From contig JAYUUO010000066.1 of NCBI GenBank assembly GCA_043754515.1, forward strand, positions 1 through 15,848: a stretch of DNA of 15,848 nt. Direction: 5' to 3'. The translations under genes and the position numbers were made by a program. Positions 7,293 through 14,606 of this stretch are shown in pieces. Numbering within the stretch: the stretch's first letter is position 1; each line of letters begins with the position of its first letter. This DNA comes from Armatimonadota bacterium. Its GTDB lineage: Bacteria; Armatimonadota; Armatimonadia; Armatimonadales; Armatimonadaceae. Below the pieces are notes generated by a model. That model saw nothing but the letters and a program-made list of their open reading frames with translations. It was not told where the DNA came from and did no database searches.

Positions 7293-8216
7293 ATGATACT
7301 CATCGCTCACCCGATCTTTCGCCGCGTCAAGCACTCCGCTTTCACCCTGATCGAGTTGCTCGTCGTGATCGCCATTATCGCCTTGCTCGCCGCGATTTTA
7401 TTTCCCGTCTTCGCCCAGGCCCGCGAGAAGGCCCGCCAGACCTCGTGCGGCTCGAATGTTCGCCAGCTCGGAATTGCTACCCTCGCCTATGTGCAGGACT
7501 TCGACGAGACATACCCGCTCGCGAATTACACCCCGAACGGTGATATGACCGGTGCCAGCAACGCCACCTGGCAGGTTCTTGTCGATCCGTACATCAAGGC
7601 GAACTTCCCCGGTGTTGTCGCCTCCGCCACCCCGGATAAAGTCACCAGCATCTTCGCCTGTCCCAGCATTGACAACTCCGGGCGCGACAACGGCACGCCT
7701 AACTACCGCCCCGCGCTTTCTTACGTGGCGAACCGCTATCTGTTCGGTACCTATGCGCTGGATATATCGGACGCCCGGCGTAATCCGTCGCTGACGATTG
7801 GCGATGTGAGTGAGGTGACGCGAATGGTGGTGTTCGCTGAATCGCGCGGCAACTGTGTTTACACCGACGGGGTAGACAATGTGACGGACTTCAACGACAC
7901 ATCTCACGGACTGAACCCCGACGCGCAACCCTGCTCGGTGGAATACGTCACCGGGCGCGCCCGGCACAGCGGCGGCACGAACTACGGCTTTGCCGACGCA
8001 CATGTCAAATGGGTACGGGCACCAGGTAAGAACTTCGACGGCGACGCTAGGGCGACGATCACGCCGGGCAACGCCAGTGATTACGGCGCGATCACGCCGT
8101 ACCCCAACCCCAAAGGAGTGGTGTACCGCCAGTCGGAGTATCCGGGCGCGGTAGGATTCTTCGTGGAGGACGACGCGAAAGCGGTTCCCTCGCTTGTTGG
8201 CATTCCCCTCCTGTGA
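7293..8216 (+). CDS. Prepilin-type N-terminal cleavage/methylation domain protein, DUF1559 / H-X9-DG family
   Basis: RRVKHSA/FTLIELLVVIAIIALLAAILFPVFAQAREKARQTSCGSNVRQLG...YVQDFDE, IFACPS, C-terminal RHSGGTNYGFADAHVKW. SD-like AAGGA lies upstream. Confidence 0.93.
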   Translation: MILIAHPIFRRVKHSAFTLIELLVVIAIIALLAAILFPVFAQAREKARQTSCGSNVRQLGIATLAYVQDFDETYPLANYTPNGDMTGASNATWQVLVDPYIKANFPGVVASATPDKVTSIFACPSIDNSGRDNGTPNYRPALSYVANRYLFGTYALDISDARRNPSLTIGDVSEVTRMVVFAESRGNCVYTDGVDNVTDFNDTSHGLNPDAQPCSVEYVTGRARHSGGTNYGFADAHVKWVRAPGKNFDGDARATITPGNASDYGAITPYPNPKGVVYRQSEYPGAVGFFVEDDAKAVPSLVGIPLL

Positions 8217-8341
8217 TCGCGGACGCCGCGCTCTGGGCGCGGTTCGCGGCGTGGCCGACTCCGGGCTATGATCGTCTCGGCGAGTCCAGTCACCGGGTCA
8301 GGCCGGAACGCCGTCGGGGTGATTCGAGTATCATGAACTGT

Positions 8342-8373
8342 GGGCGGGAGGATGTGTATTGACTATCCCGCCC
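8342..8373. repeat. Inverted repeat GGGCGGGA-N16-TCCCGCCC upstream of the histidine kinase
   Basis: Perfect 8-bp arms at 8342-8349 and 8366-8373, enclosing TTGACT (8359-8364). Function unknown. Confidence 0.5.
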
Positions 8374-8529
8374 GCGTGATTATTTGACCACGGGGCGCGG
8401 GGATAAATACGCTATGTAAGCCGTCATCCTACGATAGGCGAATTCGGTGATTTTGCCGTATAGTGTACAGGTATACGAGGGCGGACTGACCTCCGTGGTC
8501 GTCTCTCTCTTTTAACCCTGCGAGTGTTT

Positions 8530-10002
8530 ATGACCGATAAGCCTTCTTCCCGACGGAGCGGAATTAAAACGGCCGTTCCCGCGTCCACCGCGACGCGTTC
8601 GGCGGGCGCGAGCACGCGCTCCAAGATCGAGCACGAGCGACGTGAGCGTCAAATCTCCGCGCTGTATGAGTTGTGGCGGGCACTGCCACAGACCGAGTCG
8701 TCGCGCCTTCTACAGATGGTCGCCGAACGCGCCACGGTGACGATGGACGCCCACACTTGCTCCCTCCTGCTTCGCGAGCGTGGCGGCGACACTCTGCGCG
8801 TGGCCGCGTCGGTTGGCCTTCCCGCCGACGTCACGGAATCGGTAACCATGCTCGTCGGCGAGAAGATCGCCGGGCGTGTCGCCGCGTCGGGACAGGGGAT
8901 TCTCGTCAACAAAGACCCGCGCCAGCACCCGGTTCTGCGCGAGGGCGGCGACGCGCCCGACATTACCCCGCGTCCGAACGTCGAATCCGCGCTCTGTGCC
9001 CCGCTCGTCGCCATGGACGGCGGCATCGTCGGCGTCTTATGTCTATCGCGCCACGCACCCGCCCTGCCCTTCACCGAAGGCGATCTGCGCATGTTCTCAT
9101 TGTTCGCCGCGCAAGCCGGTGCCGTGATCACGCAGACGCGCACCGTGGACGATCTTACCCGCGCGGGGCAAGAGAACGCGGACATGGAGCGCGAGGTGGA
9201 GCGGACGGCGAGTCTGGCGGCACTCGGGCAACTCGCCGCCTCGGTCGCGCATGAACTGCGCAACCCGCTGTCCTCGATCAAGGGCGCGGCGCAGTTCCTG
9301 CTGGCGGAGTTCGAGGACGAGGCCGCGCCGGTGACGTCGGAGCAGATCGGCACCCTGCGCGATTTCCTGGGGATCGTGGTGGAGGAGGTGGACGGCCTCG
9401 GCTCACTGACCACCGATCTGTTAGAGTTCGCGCGCCCGACGCCGCCCGAACGCGTCCGGCGCGACCTACGCGAGATCGTCCAGCACGAGATCGGGTTCCT
9501 AACCCCCGAACTGGAGCGGATGGGAGTGTCACGCATCGAGGAAGTGATCGCGCTGACGAACCCGGCGTGGGTCGAGGCGGACGGGGCGCAACTCGGCGGC
9601 GTGCTCCGCAACCTGCTCCTGAACGCGGCGCAAGCGATGACGAACTCGAGCGGCGTTTCCAGCAACAATGTCGTCACCGTCACCCTGCAACGCACGGCGG
9701 AAGGTGCGCAGGCGATGTACGCCGTGGTGGTCGAGGACAACGGGCCGGGGGTGCCCGCTCCGCTCCTCCCGCATCTATGGGAGCCGTTTTTCACCACGAA
9801 AGCCCGCGGGACCGGTCTCGGACTCGCGCAAGTGAAACGCGTCGTGACCGCGCACGGCGGTAGCGTGTCGGTCGAGAACATCCGTACGGGCGGCGCACGG
9901 TTTAAGTTCACCCTGCCCGCGATTGATGTCGGCCGCGAACCGCGTCCCGCGCTGTATCCATCCATCGCCGCCGCGCTGTCCGGAAGCGCGCCCGCCCGTT
10001 GA
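8530..10002 (+). CDS. Cytoplasmic GAF-domain sensor histidine kinase (GAF-HisKA-HATPase)
   Basis: GAF (CSLLL, GEKIAGRVAASG, SALCAPL, IVGVLCL, FTEGDLRMFSLFAAQA); H-box AHELRNPLSSIKG; N-box NLLLNAAQA; G1 EDNGPG; F-box EPFFTTK; G2 GTGLGLA. No transmembrane segment seen. Confidence 0.95.
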   Translation: MTDKPSSRRSGIKTAVPASTATRSAGASTRSKIEHERRERQISALYELWRALPQTESSRLLQMVAERATVTMDAHTCSLLLRERGGDTLRVAASVGLPADVTESVTMLVGEKIAGRVAASGQGILVNKDPRQHPVLREGGDAPDITPRPNVESALCAPLVAMDGGIVGVLCLSRHAPALPFTEGDLRMFSLFAAQAGAVITQTRTVDDLTRAGQENADMEREVERTASLAALGQLAASVAHELRNPLSSIKGAAQFLLAEFEDEAAPVTSEQIGTLRDFLGIVVEEVDGLGSLTTDLLEFARPTPPERVRRDLREIVQHEIGFLTPELERMGVSRIEEVIALTNPAWVEADGAQLGGVLRNLLLNAAQAMTNSSGVSSNNVVTVTLQRTAEGAQAMYAVVVEDNGPGVPAPLLPHLWEPFFTTKARGTGLGLAQVKRVVTAHGGSVSVENIRTGGARFKFTLPAIDVGREPRPALYPSIAAALSGSAPAR

Positions 10003-10035
10003 AATTACCGTCTTTAATTCCCGCGCGGGTGGGGG

Positions 10036-11484
10036 ATGGCGCAGGTAAACCAGACCACCGTGACGAATAGTAACTCCGTTATGGCAACAGTCCGCTCGAC
10101 CGCTCCCAGTCCTAGAGAACGAACTCCGGGTGTTACACCGCCCCGCGACAGGCCGTATCCGTTCGCCGCGTCGCCCGCGAAAGCGGCGGAGGAGGACGCC
10201 CCCCCGACCGCCCGCGTCGCCCCCGACCCCTTGTCTCCCACGGGTCCGACGGTGATGATAGTGGACGACGAGCCGAACATCCGTCGCGTACTCGCCGCTG
10301 TTCTCACCCGCGACGGCTACCAGGTGATCCTCGCCGATGGCGGCAAGGACGCGGTGAAGAAGGCGAAGAACGAGCCGATCCTAGATGTCCTGATTACCGA
10401 CTTCCTGATGCCAGATATGAACGGGCTGGAAACGCTCGAAGCCGTCCGCAAATACCACGGAGGCATCCGCGTTCTGTTCATCTCGGGCCACGGCACTGTT
10501 CGTTCGGCGGTCGAGGCGATGCGCCTCGGCGCGTTCGACTACATCACCAAGCCGTTCGATGTCGAGCAGGTCCGCGACGCGGTGAAGCGTGCGTTGAAGT
10601 CCGCGCCGCTCTACGCGCCCGCGCCGATTTCAGTAAAATTGAGTGACTCCACTTCCCCCGCGTCCGAAAGTGACACGCCCGGTGGCGAGGCGGAGGCACC
10701 AATTATTCTTCCCACATCTGTGTCCATGATCGGTGCCGCCCCGGCGACGTGCCTCCTGCAACGCCGATTGCTCGCCGCCGCCGCCTCCCGCGCCACGGTG
10801 CTACTGCTGGGGGAGTCGGGCACTGGCAAAGAGGTCGCGGCGAAGCTGATCCATGAGGCGTCGCCGCGTCGCCGGGGTCCGTTCATCGCGGTCTCGTGCG
10901 CCGCGCTCCCCGAAACCCTGCTGGAGTCCGAGCTATTCGGGCATGAGAAGTCCGCGTTCACCGGCGCGGCGAGTGCCAAGCCGGGCCGCTTCGAGCTTGC
11001 GGACGGCGGCACACTGTTCCTCGACGAAATCGGCGATATCCCGCACATCACCCAGGTCAAACTGCTCCGCGCCCTCCAGGAGCGGGAAATATCGCGCATC
11101 GGCGGGGTGAAAACGATCCGCGTTGACGTGCGCGTGGTCGCGGCGACGAACCGCGATCTGTGGCAGGCGGTGCAGGAAGGTTCGTTCCGCCTCGACCTGT
11201 ACTACCGGCTGCACGTCGTCCCTGTCACCCTCCCGCCGTTACGTGACCGTGCGGACGACATCCCCGCGCTAGCCGCGTTCTTCCTGAATTGCTCGGCGAA
11301 AGAGAACGATCGCGTGTTCCCTGGCGGCGTTTCCCCCGAGGCACTCGCCGTGCTCCGGGCGCACGACTGGCAGGGTAACATCCGCGAGCTACAGAATGCG
11401 CTCGAATACGCCGTGGTCATGTCGCCGCCGCGACGCCGCGCCATCGAGGCCGACGCGCTCCCCGACCGCGTCGCCGGACGATAA
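10036..11484 (+). CDS. NtrC/AtoC-family sigma54-dependent response regulator lacking a C-terminal HTH
   Basis: Receiver (VMIVDDE, ITDFLMPDMNG, ISGHG, YITKPF); AAA+ with Walker A GESGTGKE, ESELFGHEKSAFTGA, Walker B LFLDEIG, R-finger FRLDLYYRL, sensor II WQGNIRELQN. Ends at DALPDRVAGR*. Start could also be ATG 10081. Confidence 0.93.
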   Translation: MAQVNQTTVTNSNSVMATVRSTAPSPRERTPGVTPPRDRPYPFAASPAKAAEEDAPPTARVAPDPLSPTGPTVMIVDDEPNIRRVLAAVLTRDGYQVILADGGKDAVKKAKNEPILDVLITDFLMPDMNGLETLEAVRKYHGGIRVLFISGHGTVRSAVEAMRLGAFDYITKPFDVEQVRDAVKRALKSAPLYAPAPISVKLSDSTSPASESDTPGGEAEAPIILPTSVSMIGAAPATCLLQRRLLAAAASRATVLLLGESGTGKEVAAKLIHEASPRRRGPFIAVSCAALPETLLESELFGHEKSAFTGAASAKPGRFELADGGTLFLDEIGDIPHITQVKLLRALQEREISRIGGVKTIRVDVRVVAATNRDLWQAVQEGSFRLDLYYRLHVVPVTLPPLRDRADDIPALAAFFLNCSAKENDRVFPGGVSPEALAVLRAHDWQGNIRELQNALEYAVVMSPPRRRAIEADALPDRVAGR

Positions 11485-11656
11485 GCCCGTGGCGCGGAAT
11501 CCCTTTTCAAAACTATGCTTGAAGGGGAACCCGAGCACGCCGGACGCGGCTAATCACCGCTCCCACATCGTCCGTGGGGACGCCGCCGCGCCAGGGTGAA
11601 CACGGTCGGTTGAACGATGGTCTCGATACCAAGGGGATTTAACGGGATCGGGGCTT
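11483..11656. ncRNA. Candidate 6S-like rod-shaped non-coding RNA (~175 nt), strand unresolved
   Basis: Nested pairings that all centre on ~11568-11570: AAGCCC 11483-88 / GGGCTT 11651-56; AATCCCTTT 11498-506 / AAGGGGATT 11631-39; AACCCGA 11528-34 / TCGGTT 11606-11; CGCGGC 11545-50 / GCCGCG 11585-90; CCCAC 11562-66 / GTGGG 11574-78. A central bubble of ~20 nt per strand separates the outer and inner helices. Confidence 0.5.
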
Positions 11657-11658
11657 TT

Positions 11659-11678
11659 GCACGGTCGGAGCACCGTGC
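11659..11678. terminator. Hairpin GCACGGT-N6-ACCGTGC (possible terminator or processing signal)
   Basis: Perfect 7-bp stem directly beside the candidate ncRNA; only a weak tail (GTGTT) on the plus strand. Confidence 0.35.
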
Positions 11679-11683
11679 GTGTT

Positions 11684-11717
11684 CCCCGCCCGCCGCGGCG
11701 AGTCGCGGCGGGCGGGG
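11684..11717. terminator. Strong GC hairpin between convergent transcription units
   Basis: Perfect 14-bp stem CCCCGCCCGCCGCG / CGCGGCGGGCGGGG with a 6-nt loop, 9 nt beyond the stop of the minus-strand gene ending at 11727. No clear U-tract. Confidence 0.55.
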
Positions 11718-11726
11718 TTCGATCTG

Positions 11727-12521
11727 TCAGGGAGCTATCCGTAGTGCGCTGCCGTCGGCAACGAAACTCGGCTTCCGGACGGGAGCCGCGAAGACTACGG
11801 TGGTCCCCCCGGCGAGCGACAACTTGGTTCGCGCGATGCGCACACGCAGGTCGCGCCATACCTTCACGATGGCACCCGCGACGGCTGCCGATCCGATAGG
11901 GACCGGTCCGAGCACCAGCGTGTCCGTTCGCGCGTCGCGCGTTAGCACCAGCAGATCGCCCTCCCGAAATCCGGACTGCTCGATCAGGTTGCGTGGCACC
12001 GCGAGCGCGCCGTCGCGCCGGAACGCGCCCCGCGTCCGCGCCGGGGACGGCTTCCCCCACGCGGTCGCGCCGCTCCCGCCGATAACAGCCGCGCCGACCA
12101 TGCCCTGTAGCGCGGCTCCCGCGAGAGGGGACAGCGGCATCCCGGCGGGCACCACGTCGTCGAGCGGGCGGGCGCGATCCGTCGGCACCGGGGGCAGGGC
12201 GTTCTGCGCGTCCCCGACGTAGTCCGACGCCGTTTGCCCGATTTGTCGGTACAGGTACGCCTGCGCGGAGCCGTCGGGGGTGGAAACGGCGATCAGCTCG
12301 CGGGCGTAGCCGAACGCGGTCATGCCGCCGCCCGCGTATAGGCCGCGCACCACGGCGGATACTTCGCGGTGCCGCACGGGGAAACTCTTCGCCTTGAGCG
12401 TGTTGCTGATGTCGAGCGCGGTGAACGACTCGCCCGTGTTCATTTTCGACTCCATCGCGCTGGTGGCGAGTGTCAGAATCGCTTCGGATTCGGTCATGGT
12501 TCGTACGGTATACGGGTTCAT
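11727..12521 (-). CDS. Hypothetical protein: N-terminal wHTH-like region plus C-terminal AbrB/MazE/SpoVT-like repeats
   Basis: 264 aa with protein-like composition and GAGG 9 nt before ATG 12521 (alternative ATG 12497). N-terminal FTALDISNTLK...VRHREVSAVVRGLY; C-terminal RRDGALAVPRNLIEQSGFREGDLLVL (AbrB-like) and a second VKVWRDLRVRIARTKL segment. Confidence 0.7.
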   Translation of the reverse strand: MNPYTVRTMTESEAILTLATSAMESKMNTGESFTALDISNTLKAKSFPVRHREVSAVVRGLYAGGGMTAFGYARELIAVSTPDGSAQAYLYRQIGQTASDYVGDAQNALPPVPTDRARPLDDVVPAGMPLSPLAGAALQGMVGAAVIGGSGATAWGKPSPARTRGAFRRDGALAVPRNLIEQSGFREGDLLVLTRDARTDTLVLGPVPIGSAAVAGAIVKVWRDLRVRIARTKLSLAGGTTVVFAAPVRKPSFVADGSALRIAP

Positions 12522-12561
12522 AAAAGATAGCCTCTTGTAAGGTTTCGGTTACCAGAAGACT

Positions 12562-12577
12562 ACGCCCGCGCGGGCGT
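12562..12577. repeat. Perfect 16-bp palindrome ACGCCCGCGCGGGCGT in a divergent intergenic region
   Basis: Self-complementary over 16 nt, between the starts of the AbrB-like gene and the DUF2071 gene. Confidence 0.55.
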
Positions 12578-12647
12578 GAGCGGAAAAGGTTCCTTCGAGA
12601 AAATCGTGATATAAGCAGTTGCCTGATGATTGAGGGCGACGACCGAT

Positions 12648-13409
12648 ATGACCGAACCACTCCCGACCACAGACGACCGGATACGCCTCACCCGCCGCCC
12701 GGAAAACTCACCGGTGGTGATGCGGCAGGACTGGCGCGATTTGCTGTTCCTGCATTGGCGCGTGTCACAGGACGCCGTGCAAGCACTTCTGCCGCCGAAC
12801 CTTTCCGTTGACACATTCGGCGGCGACGCCTACATCGGCCTGGTGCCGTTCACGATGCGGAACGTACGTCCCACTGGTTTCCCCGCCGTGCCGTGGCTGT
12901 CGCACTTCCACGAGATCAATGTCCGGACGTATGTTCACGTAAATGGCGAACCGGGCGTCTGGTTCTTCTCGCTGGACGCCGCGAACCCGATCGCAGTCGC
13001 CATCGCCCGCGTGCTGTTCCACCTGCCGTACTACCAGGCGGCCATGCGACTTTTCCGGGGCGGAAACGAAATACGGTACGTCTCACAGCGGCGGCACCCC
13101 GGCGAGCGGAATGCCGAGAGTGTCATCCGATACACGCCGACCGGAACCGTGCGCCCCGCGACACCCGGCACGCTCGACTATTTTCTGTGCGAGCGGTACC
13201 TGCTCTACTCGGGGAACGGTGACCGGCTCTTCTCCGGGCGCGTCCATCACACCCCCTATCCGCTCCGCGCCGCTTCAATACATGACCTTTCCGACACCCT
13301 GATCGCGGCGGCTGGCTTCCCCGGCTCAGCCGATTCGCAACCCGCGCACATCGCCTACGCGAGCCATGTCTCCGTCGAGATTTTCCCCTTGGAGCTTGTG
13401 GTAACATAA
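12648..13409 (+). CDS. DUF2071 / YqjF-family protein
   Basis: MRQDWRDLLFLHW, DTFGGDAYIGLVPFTM, FHEINVRTYV, GVWFFSLDA, FHLPYY, FLCERYLLY and VHHTPYPL are characteristic of YqjF/DUF2071. GAGGG lies upstream of ATG 12648. Confidence 0.92.
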   Translation: MTEPLPTTDDRIRLTRRPENSPVVMRQDWRDLLFLHWRVSQDAVQALLPPNLSVDTFGGDAYIGLVPFTMRNVRPTGFPAVPWLSHFHEINVRTYVHVNGEPGVWFFSLDAANPIAVAIARVLFHLPYYQAAMRLFRGGNEIRYVSQRRHPGERNAESVIRYTPTGTVRPATPGTLDYFLCERYLLYSGNGDRLFSGRVHHTPYPLRAASIHDLSDTLIAAAGFPGSADSQPAHIAYASHVSVEIFPLELVVT

Positions 13410-13416
13410 ACGCGCT

Positions 13417-14178
13417 ATGTCGCAAGAGCCACAGAACATCTATGATGACCCGGTTTTCTTCGCCGGGTACGCGGAGTTACGGCAGAACCCGCTCTCCTGG
13501 AACATTATGGTGGTTGACCCGGCGCGGGACGCCCTGTTGCCACCGCTTGCCGGGAAGCGCGTCGCAGATCTGGGGTGCGGCACCGGCGGGTTCTGCCGCA
13601 AAGCGGTCGCTGATGGCGCGGCGGACGTGATCGGCGTGGACATATCCGAACGGATGCTGGACGCGGCACGCGCGGCCCCGGTCAACCCCGATAATACCCC
13701 CCGGCTCCGTTATGTCCGCGCTTCGCTCGATGCATGGGTTGCGCCCGCCGAAACCGCCGATGTCATAGTCTCAACCCTCGCGCTCCACTACTTGCAAGAC
13801 ATAACACCGGCTTTCGCTACCGTCGCGCACGTACTCGCCCCCGGTGGGGTATTTCTGTTCTGCGTGGAGCATCCCATCGTCACCGCGCGGCACGGGGACG
13901 CGAGCGGCTGGATCCGGGACGAGGCGCATGTCAAGGTCTACTGGGCTTTGGACGACTACGCGGACGAAGGCGAACGTGTCGGGGAGTGGTTTGTGCCAGG
14001 GATGCGAACCTACCACCGGACCTTAGCCACTTACCTGAACGCGGCCCCCGAAGTAGGACTGACAGTCACCCGCGTCGCGGAACCGCTCCCCGATGACGCC
14101 ACAATAGCCGTCTATCCTGCTTTCGCCGACTTACGACGTCGCCCCGCCTACCTCTTTGTCCGCGCCATAAAAGCCTAA
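13417..14178 (+). CDS. Class I SAM-dependent methyltransferase
   Basis: QNIYDDPVFFAGYAELR N-terminus, motif I VADLGCGTG, GVDISERML, STLALHY, LAPGGVFLFCVEHP, YHRTLATYLN. Starts 7 nt after the DUF2071 stop. Confidence 0.92.
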   Translation: MSQEPQNIYDDPVFFAGYAELRQNPLSWNIMVVDPARDALLPPLAGKRVADLGCGTGGFCRKAVADGAADVIGVDISERMLDAARAAPVNPDNTPRLRYVRASLDAWVAPAETADVIVSTLALHYLQDITPAFATVAHVLAPGGVFLFCVEHPIVTARHGDASGWIRDEAHVKVYWALDDYADEGERVGEWFVPGMRTYHRTLATYLNAAPEVGLTVTRVAEPLPDDATIAVYPAFADLRRRPAYLFVRAIKA

Positions 14179-14525
14179 ACGCCGGGAAGATCAGCATCCC
14201 CGTCGTCGCCCGGGATCGCATTATGTAAAGTCGGCACTACCGCCGTGTGCATTATCCGGTAGAACGACGCCGCGTGTGGCAGATCGCCGTTCTCGATGAT
14301 CGGCGCATCCTCCCGTAGTGCTACCGATTCCGGTACGAACGAGCGTGCCTCCTCGACAACTGCGTTATAAGTGCGAATCTGCTCCGGCGTAAGTAACGTG
14401 AGCGGGTTGGCATTCGCCAGTGACTCCAACGACTTCTCCAAATTGCCCGCGCGTTTGTACAGCGCGGCGAGCGGCGTGCCCGCGTTCTCCTCGACGCTCT
14501 GGTCTTTAATCAGTCCGAATAACAT
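14175..14525 (-). CDS. Hypothetical protein (116 aa, predicted helical)
   Basis: AAGGA upstream of ATG 14525 (MLFGLIKDQ...); protein-like composition; stop overlaps the convergent methyltransferase stop by 4 nt. No family recognised. Confidence 0.65.
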   Translation of the reverse strand: MLFGLIKDQSVEENAGTPLAALYKRAGNLEKSLESLANANPLTLLTPEQIRTYNAVVEEARSFVPESVALREDAPIIENGDLPHAASFYRIMHTAVVPTLHNAIPGDDGDADLPGV

Positions 14526-14591
14526 AGTCTGTTTCCTTATCTGATGTTTTGTTACCCACAACTGACCACGTTTGAAAATCATCCGCCGCGA

Positions 14592-14597
14592 TACAAT
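14592..14597 (+). promoter_or_regulatory. Putative -10 element (TACAAT) of a near-leaderless trpG/pabA transcript
   Basis: CCGCGA-TACAAT-GGTTCCACC-ATG(14607); no Shine-Dalgarno. Confidence 0.45.
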
Positions 14598-14606
14598 GGT
14601 TCCACC

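Noticed and set aside
8291..8321. GTCAGGCCGGAACG resembling SRP RNA helix 8
   Set aside because: The required downstream AGCAG/AGCAA half of the motif and the long enclosing stem are absent.
8649..9965. 438-aa antisense ORF over the histidine kinase
   Set aside because: Shadow ORF caused by high-GC codon bias; Ser/Arg/Pro-rich with no motifs, fully opposite a clear gene.
11396..11599. Frameshifted HTH for the sigma54 activator
   Set aside because: Neither the overlapping 67-aa ORF nor in-frame read-through shows a Fis-type HTH pattern.
11711..11726. GGTTCGAT resembling a tRNA T-loop
   Set aside because: No T-stem pairing, cloverleaf or CCA end; it is the edge of a GC hairpin.
11554..12660. 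368-aa minus-strand ORF overlapping the 264-aa hypothetical
   Set aside because: Arg-rich alternative frame; the 11727-12521 frame has normal composition and an RBS.
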